A program made the position numbers and the translations under genes. Positions 37,721-47,167 of a DNA stretch of 64,000 nucleotides are shown in pieces; position 1 is the stretch's first letter, and every line of letters starts with the position of its first letter. Below the pieces are notes generated by a model. That model made no database searches. It was not told the origin of the DNA and saw only the letters and a list, made by a program, of their open reading frames with translations. The stretch is from an uncultured Granulosicoccaceae bacterium (GTDB lineage Bacteria; Pseudomonadota; Gammaproteobacteria; Granulosicoccales; Granulosicoccaceae), in the NCBI GenBank assembly GCA_964550655.1, contig CAZKAQ010000001.1, forward strand, positions 16,536-80,535, read 5' to 3'.

Positions 37721-38593
37721 ATGGAAAAACTAACGCAGGTTCTGAAAGATCAGTTTTGGCGTGATGGAGTACTGGTTGTCGAAAATGCAGTTGAGCCAGA
37801 GGATCTTTCAAGCCTTAAAAAACAATTCACCGGCTGGGTGGAACAGAGCAGATCTGAAACAGAAGACTTTGGTGAAACACTGGATGGGCGTCCGCGCTTT
37901 GATTTGCAGCCGGGTCACTGTGCGGAGTATCCGGCACTTCGGCGCGTTCAATCACCAGAGGAAGTGTCCGATGATTACGCCCGCGTTATGCGCAATGCAC
38001 ACATGGTGGATTACTGTGCCGAGCTCATCGGACCATCCTTGCGCTTTCACCACGGCAAAGTAAATTCCAAGTTACCCGGTAGCGCAACGCAGGTGAAGTG
38101 GCATCAGGATTTTTTATTTCAGCCAATGACTCATCACGACATGATTACCTGCCTGTTGTTTGTTGATGAAGTAACGCTTGAGAACGGACCACTGGAAGTA
38201 CTGCCAGGGACTCACAAAGGGCCACTCTATTCGCATTGGCACAACGGTGTATTCACCGGTGCGGTGGATGATGAAATCATCGAATCGCAAAAAGACAACA
38301 TTGTAAAGTGTACCGGACCTGCCGGTGCCGTCTGCCTTATGCACGTTAATCTGTTGCACGGATCAGCGCCCAACTTGTCTGACAAGCCGCGTACGTTGTA
38401 TATAACTACCTATTACGCTGAAGATGCGATTGAGCTGAGTCAGAATCATCTGCCAAGCAGGTTTACCCACGAGTTGGTGCGCGGTGAAGCATCGGGACGG
38501 GTGCGCTGTACACCGTATGAAATGGAGTTGCCTGCTGTGCCCAGGGCCACTTCATTTTTTGCTCAACAGGAAGGTGCCGACAATGGAATCTAA
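37721..38593 (+). CDS. Phytanoyl-CoA dioxygenase (PhyH)-family Fe(II)/2OG oxygenase
   Basis: 'VKWHQDF' (HxD), 'ENGPLEVLPGTHKG', 'LLHGSAPN' (distal His). Confidence 0.75.
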   Translation: MEKLTQVLKDQFWRDGVLVVENAVEPEDLSSLKKQFTGWVEQSRSETEDFGETLDGRPRFDLQPGHCAEYPALRRVQSPEEVSDDYARVMRNAHMVDYCAELIGPSLRFHHGKVNSKLPGSATQVKWHQDFLFQPMTHHDMITCLLFVDEVTLENGPLEVLPGTHKGPLYSHWHNGVFTGAVDDEIIESQKDNIVKCTGPAGAVCLMHVNLLHGSAPNLSDKPRTLYITTYYAEDAIELSQNHLPSRFTHELVRGEASGRVRCTPYEMELPAVPRATSFFAQQEGADNGI

Positions 38594-38596
38594 CTT

Positions 38597-39367
38597 GTGA
38601 CGCATTCCGAAGTCAGCCTGGAAGCACTTGATTTTACCACTGACGATGGTCTTGGTCAGCGTGCCCGTATTGGTTTGATTGTGCTGCAATCGGATCAAAC
38701 TATAGAACATGAGATGGCACAGCTTTTAAGTGATGAGGGTGTTGCGCTGTATCACGCACGTATTGCCAATGCTACCGAGGTAACTGCCGAGTCATTGCAG
38801 CAGATGGAGGACAATCTGCCGCACACAGTATCGCTGCTTCCGTCATCTTTTGACTTTGACGCTATCGGTTACGCCTGTACATCAGGTGCGACGGTGATCG
38901 GTGAAAAGCGTGTTGATCAAATTATCTGTAAGCTGCATCCAAAAGCTAAAACCAGTAACCCGATCAGTGCGTGTAAAGCCGCACTTGCAGCGCTTGATGT
39001 CAAACGTGTAGCGCTGCTCACGCCTTACCTGCCGGAAGTGACTGTTGAGATGCAGGAAAATCTTCGTGCTGCAGGTTTTCGAGTTAATGCGGTGGCCTCG
39101 TTTAACGAGTCTGACGATTTTACCGTAGCGCGTATAAGTGCAGACAGTATCCTCAAGGCTGTGTTGAGTGTTGGTGCGCGTGATGATTGTGATGCTGTGT
39201 TTGTATCTTGTACAAGCCTCAGAGCGCTTGAGATAATTTCACAGGCAGAACAACAATTAAACAAACCTGTTATCGCAAGCAATCAGGTACTTGCCTGGCA
39301 TTTGAGGCAGCTTGCGGGTCTTGAATCTACTCTTGAAAACTGCGGGCAGCTATTTCAGCTACGCTGA
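38597..39367 (+). CDS. Asp/Glu/hydantoin-racemase superfamily protein (maleate isomerase / arylmalonate decarboxylase-like)
   Basis: 'RIGLIVLQSDQTIEHE', 'IGYACTSG' and 'VFVSCTSLR', a pair of Cys-containing motifs typical of this fold. GTG start 3 nt after the PhyH stop. Confidence 0.7.
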   Translation: MTHSEVSLEALDFTTDDGLGQRARIGLIVLQSDQTIEHEMAQLLSDEGVALYHARIANATEVTAESLQQMEDNLPHTVSLLPSSFDFDAIGYACTSGATVIGEKRVDQIICKLHPKAKTSNPISACKAALAALDVKRVALLTPYLPEVTVEMQENLRAAGFRVNAVASFNESDDFTVARISADSILKAVLSVGARDDCDAVFVSCTSLRALEIISQAEQQLNKPVIASNQVLAWHLRQLAGLESTLENCGQLFQLR

Positions 39368-39397
39368 AATCGTTACTTACCGACAGGGATACTATCC

Positions 39398-41839
39398 ATG
39401 GGAAAATCACTGCCTGCAAAGACGCAAGTAGTCATCATCGGTGGAGGTATTCACGGTAGCTCTGTGGCTTATCATTTGGCCAAAGGCGGCTGGACTGATA
39501 TCGTTTTACTGGAGCGCAAGCAACTCACCAGTGGCACCACCTGGCATGCTGCAGGTCTGGTTGGCCAGCTGCAGGGAAGTCATAGCACCACAGCTTTTGC
39601 AAGCTACGGCGTTGAGTTACTGCAACAGATAGAAGCCGAGACAGGCCAGAATCCGGGCTTTCGTCAATCCGGCTCCATTTCGATAGCACTCAACCGCGAG
39701 CGTCTGGCAGAACTTAAACGCAAGGCTGATTTTGCGTCGTTGTTTAATATTGAAGCCCGAACCATGGATACCTCTGAAATCAGTGAGCGCTGGCCGCTAA
39801 TGAATGCCGAAGGTGTAATGGGTGGCATCTATATGCCCGGTGATGGCTCAGCTGACCCTGTCGCACTGACTCAGGCACTGGCTAAAGGCGCACGCATGCG
39901 CGGTGCTGAAATTTTCGAACAGATTAAAGTTGAGCAGATCCTGACTCAGGCAGGCAGGGTTAGTGGTGTAGTTACCAGTCAGGGAGTCATAGAGTCGGAA
40001 CATGTAGTTAACTGCAGTGGTATGTGGGCCAGAGAACTTGCACGACAAAATAGTGTGGGAGTACCCATTCATGCCTGTGAGCATTACTACCTGGTGACTG
40101 AACCGATTGCCGATCTGCCAGCAGATCTGCCGGTATTGCGTTCCTATTGTGATGGTACTTACTGGAAGGAAGATGCCGGTAAGCTTCTTTTTGGCTTTGC
40201 GCACTTTAATGCCAAAGCCTGGGGTACAAAAGGTATTCCCGATAGCTTTGAGTTCGATAGTCTGCCGTTTGTTGAAGATGATGTCACCGAGGTACTGGAG
40301 CTTGCCATGAACCGGGTTCCAATACTGCAGGATACCGGAATCAGAACTTTCTTTAATGGTCCTGAAAGCTATTCGCATGACGGTCGATTTACACTGGGTG
40401 AAGCTCCCGATCTGCCCGGTTATTTTGTATTGGCAGGTGTTAACTCTACCGGTATTCAGTCAGGTCCGGGTGCGGGAAAGGCATTGGCAGACTGGATTAT
40501 GCAGGGCCACGCGCCGATGGATCTGGCGGAGATGGATCCGGCTCGTATTGAAGATTTCCAGGCGCATGATCCTTACCTGCGTGAGCGATGTGCTGAAACA
40601 CTGGTGCTTACTTACGGTATGCACTGGCCGGGTCGGCAAAGGGAGTCAGTGCGCAACCTTCGTCGCACGCCTTTTTATCATGCCATGAAAGCCCATGGTG
40701 CGGTCTACGCTGAAGTACAAGGGTGGGAGCGCCCGGCATGGTTTGCACCTCAGGGTACTGAAATAACATACGATCATTCATTTTATAAACCAAGTTGGTT
40801 TAAATATTCACAAAGAGAACAAAAAGCCTGCAGAGAATCAGTTGCACTGATCGACTACTCAATGCTTGGCAAGCTAATTGTCGAAGGGGCAGATGCTGAG
40901 GCCTTTCTGCAACGCCTTTGTACAAACGATATAGGTGTGCCGGTCGGGCATGTTGTATACACTTTGATGTTGAATGAACGTGGTGGCGTTGAAAGTGATG
41001 TTACCGTTGCAAGGCATGGGTCAGAATCATTTATGCTAATGAGCTCTATCTCTCATACACGTCGTGATCGTGATTATTTAAAGTCTAATATCAAACTGGA
41101 CGAAGATGTCCGCTTGCAGGATGTTACTACCTCCTTTGGAGTGCTTTCACTCTGTGGCCCGAGGTCTCGTGAGCTGTTGCAGTCTGTTTCTGATAATAAT
41201 TTTACCGACGTGGCATTTCCGTTTAACAGTTTTCAGACTTTTCAGATCGGCCATGCCACAGTCACAGCACAGCGTCTCTCCTATACCGGTGAACTGGGAT
41301 GGGAAATATTTATTACACCGGATTTTGCAGAACATGTTTATGAAGTTCTGATTGCTGCAGGAAAAAATTATGGCCTGCAGCTGGTTGGTGCTGAAGCGCT
41401 AAACGCTTTGCGTATCGAAAAAGGCTTTGTGCACTGGGGTCACGATGTTTCCTATACTGAATCGCCCCATCAGATCGGACTTGATTTTGTTTGCAGAACG
41501 AATAAAGCAATTGCGTTTACCGGGCGGGAGGCATATATGTCACGCAAGTCCGATGGCGACGGTCCGTTTTTGTGTTGTATAAAATTGCAGGAGCCTGACG
41601 TCATGTTGCACCATAACGAACCGCTACTGCGAGATGGTGAGATCGTGGGGTTTGTCACAAGCGGGGCTTTTGCGTATGCACAGGGAGCGTCGATCGGTCT
41701 GTGTTTTGTATCGTTGCCTGAAGGCGCTACTGGTAAGGCTTCGCTTGAGCAAGGGCAATATGAAGTGGTGGTTGAGGGCAGGAATCTGCCTGTTGAGCTT
41801 AGTGCCAAAGCACTATCAGCTCCTTGCACCTCAGGGTAG
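39398..41839 (+). CDS. Dimethylglycine/sarcosine-dehydrogenase-like protein (N-terminal FAD oxidoreductase + C-terminal GcvT folate-binding aminomethyltransferase domain)
   Basis: 'VVIIGGGIHGSSVAYHLAKGGW', 'LTSGTTWHAAGL', and a C-terminal 'SYTGELGWEIF' GcvT motif. Length 813 aa. Confidence 0.85.
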   Translation: MGKSLPAKTQVVIIGGGIHGSSVAYHLAKGGWTDIVLLERKQLTSGTTWHAAGLVGQLQGSHSTTAFASYGVELLQQIEAETGQNPGFRQSGSISIALNRERLAELKRKADFASLFNIEARTMDTSEISERWPLMNAEGVMGGIYMPGDGSADPVALTQALAKGARMRGAEIFEQIKVEQILTQAGRVSGVVTSQGVIESEHVVNCSGMWARELARQNSVGVPIHACEHYYLVTEPIADLPADLPVLRSYCDGTYWKEDAGKLLFGFAHFNAKAWGTKGIPDSFEFDSLPFVEDDVTEVLELAMNRVPILQDTGIRTFFNGPESYSHDGRFTLGEAPDLPGYFVLAGVNSTGIQSGPGAGKALADWIMQGHAPMDLAEMDPARIEDFQAHDPYLRERCAETLVLTYGMHWPGRQRESVRNLRRTPFYHAMKAHGAVYAEVQGWERPAWFAPQGTEITYDHSFYKPSWFKYSQREQKACRESVALIDYSMLGKLIVEGADAEAFLQRLCTNDIGVPVGHVVYTLMLNERGGVESDVTVARHGSESFMLMSSISHTRRDRDYLKSNIKLDEDVRLQDVTTSFGVLSLCGPRSRELLQSVSDNNFTDVAFPFNSFQTFQIGHATVTAQRLSYTGELGWEIFITPDFAEHVYEVLIAAGKNYGLQLVGAEALNALRIEKGFVHWGHDVSYTESPHQIGLDFVCRTNKAIAFTGREAYMSRKSDGDGPFLCCIKLQEPDVMLHHNEPLLRDGEIVGFVTSGAFAYAQGASIGLCFVSLPEGATGKASLEQGQYEVVVEGRNLPVELSAKALSAPCTSG

Positions 41840-41888
41840 TAGCAACTGTTTTAGTGCGGATTGTTCGTCTTTAATTGTGAGAGAAGAA

Positions 41889-41919
41889 GTCGCTGGTTCT
41901 GGCTGATTCCGCCAGCGAC
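41889..41919 (-). terminator. 8-bp hairpin between convergent genes (possible terminator)
   Basis: GTCGCTGG-15 nt-CCAGCGAC. On the minus strand it is followed by UUCUUCUCUC. The loop is large and the U-tract imperfect. Confidence 0.3.
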
Positions 41920-41929
41920 TATACACAAG

Positions 41930-42484
41930 CTACACGGCTTCGCCTTTTTCCAGTAGATCTTCAATTAATTTGCGATTGATGCCACCGGAATCCCCACCAC
42001 CGTAATTCAGCGCACCACCAGAGTAAATTGAGCCATACGTTAGTGCCAGATTAATTACCTGGCCGACTCCAGAGATTAGCTGGTTTTTCTGTAATGGTGA
42101 GAGCGGATGGACGTACACTGCCCACAGCGTCTCGCGGCCAATCGCATAGCGAGCATCGAGTGCGGTGTCAAAATTTGCCTGCATCATGCGCGTCATCTCG
42201 TCTGGTGATATACCCTGCAGTTGTCGAACGGGCGTCATTACCCGCATACGATCCTGGGTGACATCTGTTATTACAAATACCTGAACACCCTCGATGTTCA
42301 GTAGAAAGCGAGATTCCTGGGATTGCATTTCGGGATCCAGCGCATTCAGGATTTCTGCCATTCGCTCAAGTGTCATTGCTTGTTCGAGGGGCGGTGAAAG
42401 TGCTCCTGGTGAATCGCTGTCCTGAGAGTAAGCCGTCAAAGAGCAGCAAAGAGTGATTAGTAATGCAGCGGTCAGGCGGATCAT
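41930..42484 (-). CDS. Hypothetical secreted protein
   Basis: ATG at 42484 gives the signal-like N-terminus 'MIRLTAALLITLCCSLTAYS' (track start 42532). No family recognised. Confidence 0.5.
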   Translation of the reverse strand: MIRLTAALLITLCCSLTAYSQDSDSPGALSPPLEQAMTLERMAEILNALDPEMQSQESRFLLNIEGVQVFVITDVTQDRMRVMTPVRQLQGISPDEMTRMMQANFDTALDARYAIGRETLWAVYVHPLSPLQKNQLISGVGQVINLALTYGSIYSGGALNYGGGDSGGINRKLIEDLLEKGEAV

Positions 42485-42842
42485 GCGTGTGCTCCCCGGG
42501 GAAAATGGCAATAAATCGAATACTGCGTTCACAGTCTACAGGGTTTGTATTCGAGTCAAAAGGAATGACATCAATATTTGCCGATAATATTGCCGATTGC
42601 AGCGAAAACAGGATCTGTCACTTCGGCTTTAAAATTTTAACGTAACAGTCCTGAGCCGGGGGCGGGGACCATTGTTGCAACCCGAGGTGGTGCATTCAAT
42701 ACAGTGGATAATCCAGCTCGGTTGACAGTGCGTAATTTGAAAAGAACAGCAATACAGTGAGGTGTAAAATTACGGTTGGTCAGGACGTCTATATGCGCCA
42801 CGCTATGGTCGGGACAACGTTAACAATCTTGGGAGAATTCAT

Positions 42843-44048
42843 ATGTCGGATCCAACAGTATATGTCGCTGGTACATTCGATACCAAGTCACATGAACTGA
42901 ACTACCTGAAAGATACCATCACAAGCGCTGGCGTTGTTGTAAAAACCATTGATCTTTCAACCACCGGTCACACTTCCAGTGCTGATGTGTCTCCTCAGAC
43001 CATCGCAGCGCTGCATCCCGATGGCACCGATTCGGTATTTACCGGTGACCGTGGTACAGCGGTAGCTGCTATGGCACTGGCGTTTAAAATGTGGTCAGAG
43101 CAGCATGCCGATTCTATTGCCGGTATGATTTCAGCTGGTGGTTCAGGTGGCACGGCACTGGTGACACCGGCACTGCAAACCCTGCCTATAGGTACGCCTA
43201 AAATTATGGTTTCTACCGTTGCTTCAGGTAATGTGGAACCCTATGTTGGTCCGAGCGATATCATGATGATGTACTCGGTTACTGATGTGCAGGGACTCAA
43301 CACAATTTCTCGCAGGGTGCTTGGTAATGCTGCAGCGGCAATGGCAGGATCTGTTTTGCATGCGCCTGCTGTTACCAGTAAGGCGGATGAAAAACCGGGC
43401 CTTGGTATGACTATGTTCGGTGTTACCACAGCAGCGGTTCAGTCAGTGGTTGCAAAGCTCGAAAAAGAGTACGAGCCGTTTGTATTTCATGCCACAGGTG
43501 TTGGTGGTCGTTCAATGGAAAAGCTGGCTGATGGTGGTTTCTTTAAGGCAGTCATCGATTTAACCACGACCGAAGTTTGCGACTTGCTGTTTGGCGGTGT
43601 GTTTGCCGCTGATGAAGATCGTTTCGGTGCAATGATCAGACAAAAAATTCCGTATGTGGGTTCGGTGGGTGCGCTTGATATGGTTAACTTTGGAGCGCCG
43701 CCAAGTGTTCCTGCAAAGTATGCGGATCGTCTGTTTTATGAGCATAATCCTCAAGTGACACTTATGCGTACTACACCATCCGAGAACACAGAAATGGGAC
43801 AATGGATTGCTGATCGACTCAATCAGATGGATGGGCCGGTTCGATTCTTATTGCCACAAGGTGGCGTATCTGCGCTGGATGCGCCCGACATGCCGTTTAA
43901 TGATGATGAGGCTCGTGCAAGTCTGTTCGACGCCATTCGCACTAATTTTTCGCAAACAGATGATCGGCGTCTGATTGAAGTACCGCACCATATAAACGCA
44001 CCGGAGTTCAGTGATGCTGTGGTTGCTGCCCTGCATGAGATAACCTGA
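42843..44048 (+). CDS. UPF0261 / Tm-1-like ATP-binding domain protein
   Basis: 'VYVAGTFDTKSHELNYL', 'ISAGGSGGTALVTPA' and 'PKIMVSTVASG' match the pattern I recall for UPF0261. 'GGGAG' RBS upstream. Confidence 0.75.
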   Translation: MSDPTVYVAGTFDTKSHELNYLKDTITSAGVVVKTIDLSTTGHTSSADVSPQTIAALHPDGTDSVFTGDRGTAVAAMALAFKMWSEQHADSIAGMISAGGSGGTALVTPALQTLPIGTPKIMVSTVASGNVEPYVGPSDIMMMYSVTDVQGLNTISRRVLGNAAAAMAGSVLHAPAVTSKADEKPGLGMTMFGVTTAAVQSVVAKLEKEYEPFVFHATGVGGRSMEKLADGGFFKAVIDLTTTEVCDLLFGGVFAADEDRFGAMIRQKIPYVGSVGALDMVNFGAPPSVPAKYADRLFYEHNPQVTLMRTTPSENTEMGQWIADRLNQMDGPVRFLLPQGGVSALDAPDMPFNDDEARASLFDAIRTNFSQTDDRRLIEVPHHINAPEFSDAVVAALHEIT

Positions 44049-44075
44049 AGCGTGCCATTATTGTCATTAGATAGA

Positions 44076-44771
44076 CTAAAGGTCTTTTGAAAGTACAACG
44101 TCGCTGAACATACCGAGGCTTTTTCCATCGGTATTGTCGCTATCGCAGAAGAAGCCCAGCGCTTCGAGTGTCGGTGTGCCTGTGCCGCCAATGTCTTTAT
44201 AAATTTGTCGCAGGTCTACCGTCTGATCGAACCATTTACCAATGTTTTTATCGAGCCCATTGGCAACATAGTGATAAAAGTTGCCAATAATTTTATAGTC
44301 TCCGGGCAGATATTTTTTGTTACTCCAGATGATTTCCATGGCATTGCGATCACCATTTTCGTTTGAAAAAACCAGAAACAACCTTACCGGGTGATCGTCG
44401 CCGTCCACCGTTGCTTCATCGATGTCGCTCTCTATGGCCTGAACAACTTTCCAGCGCCACGAAAGAACAGGGTAGTTGTCAACAGGTATGAAAGTGTCAC
44501 GTGCCAGAATCGATGCAGTATTGTTTGTGGTGCAACGGAGTACCGGAACACCGTTCTCTTCTGTCATTTGGTAGTCGGCGGGTTTTATCGTCAGGAATTT
44601 TCTATGCACCCAGCCTGATGAGAGCTCTTCAGTGTTGAGGTCACTGAGCAATTCCACTGGTGCGTCACTGGCAGTCAACGGATTATCGGTATTGAAAGGC
44701 GATGGACGCATCTTCCAATAGACCATGCCTGCGACTGCAACGAAAATAATAGCGAGCAAACTTTTTTTCAT
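44076..44771 (-). CDS. DUF3047 domain-containing protein
   Basis: N-terminal TM/signal 'LLAIIFVAVAGMVYW', with 'YPVLSWRWKV' and 'DDHPVRLFLVF' as I recall for DUF3047. Confidence 0.7.
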   Translation of the reverse strand: MKKSLLAIIFVAVAGMVYWKMRPSPFNTDNPLTASDAPVELLSDLNTEELSSGWVHRKFLTIKPADYQMTEENGVPVLRCTTNNTASILARDTFIPVDNYPVLSWRWKVVQAIESDIDEATVDGDDHPVRLFLVFSNENGDRNAMEIIWSNKKYLPGDYKIIGNFYHYVANGLDKNIGKWFDQTVDLRQIYKDIGGTGTPTLEALGFFCDSDNTDGKSLGMFSDVVLSKDL

Positions 44772-44966
44772 GTCAATCCTTTGGAATTGGTTATATACCG
44801 GAGCAACAGGCTTGTGTGACAGTATTCAAACTACCATAGTTGAACACGAAAGAAACGCTGTATACACAACCCGGACATTGCAACTCGTTTGAAGTACTGG
44901 CACAAATCGTCACCTCGCTATAGCGTCTGCTTGCTACGCGGACTTCTTGCGTGCAAACTCCGTTTG

Positions 44967-46268
44967 ATGATCGACAAAAATCTATTTACAGAAGACGCTA
45001 AGCAGCAATCCTATTGGTGGGATAAAACACCGCGCCCGGTAATCGAGGCCGGATCACTTCCGGATAAATGTGATGTATTAATTATCGGCTCGGGTTATAC
45101 CGGATTGAACGCAGCACTGGTTACCGCACGCGCGGGTCGTTCAACGGTAGTTGTTGATGCGGAAGATGCAGGTTACGGGTGTAGCACCAGAAATGGCGGG
45201 CAGATCAGTACCAGTATTAAACCTGAATATGATTTTCTGGCGCGCAAATACGGTGCCGATAAAGCGGTACAAATAGTCAAAGAAGGATCCAATGCGCTGT
45301 CATGGATTGAAGAATTTATTGCCAATGAAAAATTAGACTGCGACTTTAAGGTGTGCGGACGTTTTCATGGTGCGCACACGGCAAAGCAATTTAAAGTTCT
45401 GACAGAAGAACTCAAGCACCAGCCTGAAGGCCTTAAGGTACCTTACACTATTGTATCTCGCGGTGAACAGCACAACGAGCTCTCAACAGATTCTTATCAT
45501 GGTGGTGTGATTTTTCATCAGCATGCTTCAATTGATCCTGCTGCTTATCATCAGCAGTTGTTGAACAGAGTTATTGAAGCGGGTGCCATGGTGGTACCCA
45601 ATTGTGCGGTCACGCAACTGTTACCCGGTTCGACAGAAACTCGTGTGGTAACGCAATCGGGAGATATCAAAGCGCGCGAAGTGATAGTAGCGACTAACGG
45701 CTATACAGGCAAAGTGACACCGTGGCAGCGTCGTCGAGTTATTCCGATAGGCAGCTACATTATTGCTACAGAGGCGCTGGATAAAACAACCATGGATAGA
45801 TTGATGCCGAATCATCGTGTCTACAGTGATACGCGTAAGGTAGTCTACTATTATCGTGCGTCTCCTGATAAAACCCGCATTCTATTTGGCGGTCGGGTTT
45901 CAAGTTCGGAAACTGACCCCGCTATAAGTGCACCTTTATTAAAGGCAGACCTTGCGCGTTTGTTTCCGGAGCTTGCAGATGTAAAGCTATCGCATTCATG
46001 GATGGGATTTGTTGCTTATACCTTTGATACGCTTGCGCACATCGGTAAACAGAATGGAATTCATTTTGCCATGGGATACTGTGGATCAGGCGTATCAATG
46101 GCGAGCTATCTAGGGATGCGTGTTGGAAATAAAGTACTCCGCAGCGCGGACGGTGAAACCGGTTTTGATAATATTAAATTTCCGACTCGTCCGCTCTACA
46201 CTGGCAATCCGTGGTTTCTAAAGACCGCAGTTGCCTGGTACCGTTATAAAGACCAGCGGCAAAAATAG
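44967..46268 (+). CDS. FAD-dependent oxidoreductase (DAO family; gamma-glutamylputrescine-oxidase-like)
   Basis: 'CDVLIIGSGYTGLNAALVTARAG' and 'STRNGGQI'. Start trimmed from the TTG at 44889 to the ATG at 44967. Confidence 0.8.
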   Translation: MIDKNLFTEDAKQQSYWWDKTPRPVIEAGSLPDKCDVLIIGSGYTGLNAALVTARAGRSTVVVDAEDAGYGCSTRNGGQISTSIKPEYDFLARKYGADKAVQIVKEGSNALSWIEEFIANEKLDCDFKVCGRFHGAHTAKQFKVLTEELKHQPEGLKVPYTIVSRGEQHNELSTDSYHGGVIFHQHASIDPAAYHQQLLNRVIEAGAMVVPNCAVTQLLPGSTETRVVTQSGDIKAREVIVATNGYTGKVTPWQRRRVIPIGSYIIATEALDKTTMDRLMPNHRVYSDTRKVVYYYRASPDKTRILFGGRVSSSETDPAISAPLLKADLARLFPELADVKLSHSWMGFVAYTFDTLAHIGKQNGIHFAMGYCGSGVSMASYLGMRVGNKVLRSADGETGFDNIKFPTRPLYTGNPWFLKTAVAWYRYKDQRQK

Positions 46269-46343
46269 TCAGTTAATATTAAGTCACACTATCATATCGC
46301 TCTGGCAGTGCGAGTTTTATACTTTTTTATACAGGGCCTGTCA

Positions 46344-47048
46344 CTACTCACCTGCATAGAAGCAATAGAACAAACCGTCACCGCCGGTTTTCTGTAAATC
46401 TGCCTGAGCACAACCTATGCTGCCGTGCGCTGAATTCCACGATATCATGTGCCGATCCAGACTGAGTCCTACCCGGTCATGGTGTCCGACAATGGCAGAC
46501 CCTTCACCACTGCTTGTCCATGCGTTGCAGCTTGTGTCGCCACCGGCGGTTGAATACATTCCCAACGGGTCCGAGCCGGTAAGTATGTCGTGCTTATTGG
46601 GTTTGTCGCCTCGTGCGTTGACCTCGTCACCGTTTTCATCGAGGCCGCTTGCTTTGTTTAATGTGTTGCGATCTGAATGGAGTTCATCAATATTGTTGGC
46701 TATGAGTTCACCCCTGGCGTTGTGCCATGGTCCGGTACCAATGCGGTCGCGTGCGTTGACACCGGGTATAACGGTTGGCCGGTCGCCCGAACGGTCGATC
46801 ATGGCGTTGACGCTAAGGTAGGCCTTCCAGTTGCTTAGCTCAGAACCTGCAGCACTTGCGAGCTGAGCGCAATGCGCGTCTGCGCCTTCAAGTCCACCAA
46901 GGTCCCCGCCGTTGCCGGGACCAGCGCTGGTGATGAAGAAAGTCATCCCGGAATCTTGTGCCGAGCTCGGGCTGGCGAGGATAAATCCCGCGGCCAATAC
47001 TGTTGCAATACCTGCTTTTTGAGCAGAGGTAAGTTTGAGTATGTTCAT
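46344..47048 (-). CDS. Secreted 4-Cys protein with endostatin/C-type-lectin-fold-like sequence pattern
   Basis: Signal peptide 'AAGFILASPSSA'. 'GGDLGGLEGADAHCAQLASAAG...WKAYLS' and 'GSDPLG...SCNAWTS' parallel endostatin '[21 protein letters not shown]...FRAFLS' and 'GSDPNG...YCETWRT' as I recall it. It has four Cys. Confidence 0.45.
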   Translation of the reverse strand: MNILKLTSAQKAGIATVLAAGFILASPSSAQDSGMTFFITSAGPGNGGDLGGLEGADAHCAQLASAAGSELSNWKAYLSVNAMIDRSGDRPTVIPGVNARDRIGTGPWHNARGELIANNIDELHSDRNTLNKASGLDENGDEVNARGDKPNKHDILTGSDPLGMYSTAGGDTSCNAWTSSGEGSAIVGHHDRVGLSLDRHMISWNSAHGSIGCAQADLQKTGGDGLFYCFYAGE

Positions 47049-47167
47049 AGATACTTTCCTTCTATAGATTCATTTGGTGAAGACAGAATTCAAGGTAGCG
47101 AACCATTACTTCGCAACGTCACATGAGTTTGCCACAGCCTATATGGTGAATTTGTTACAGATGGATA

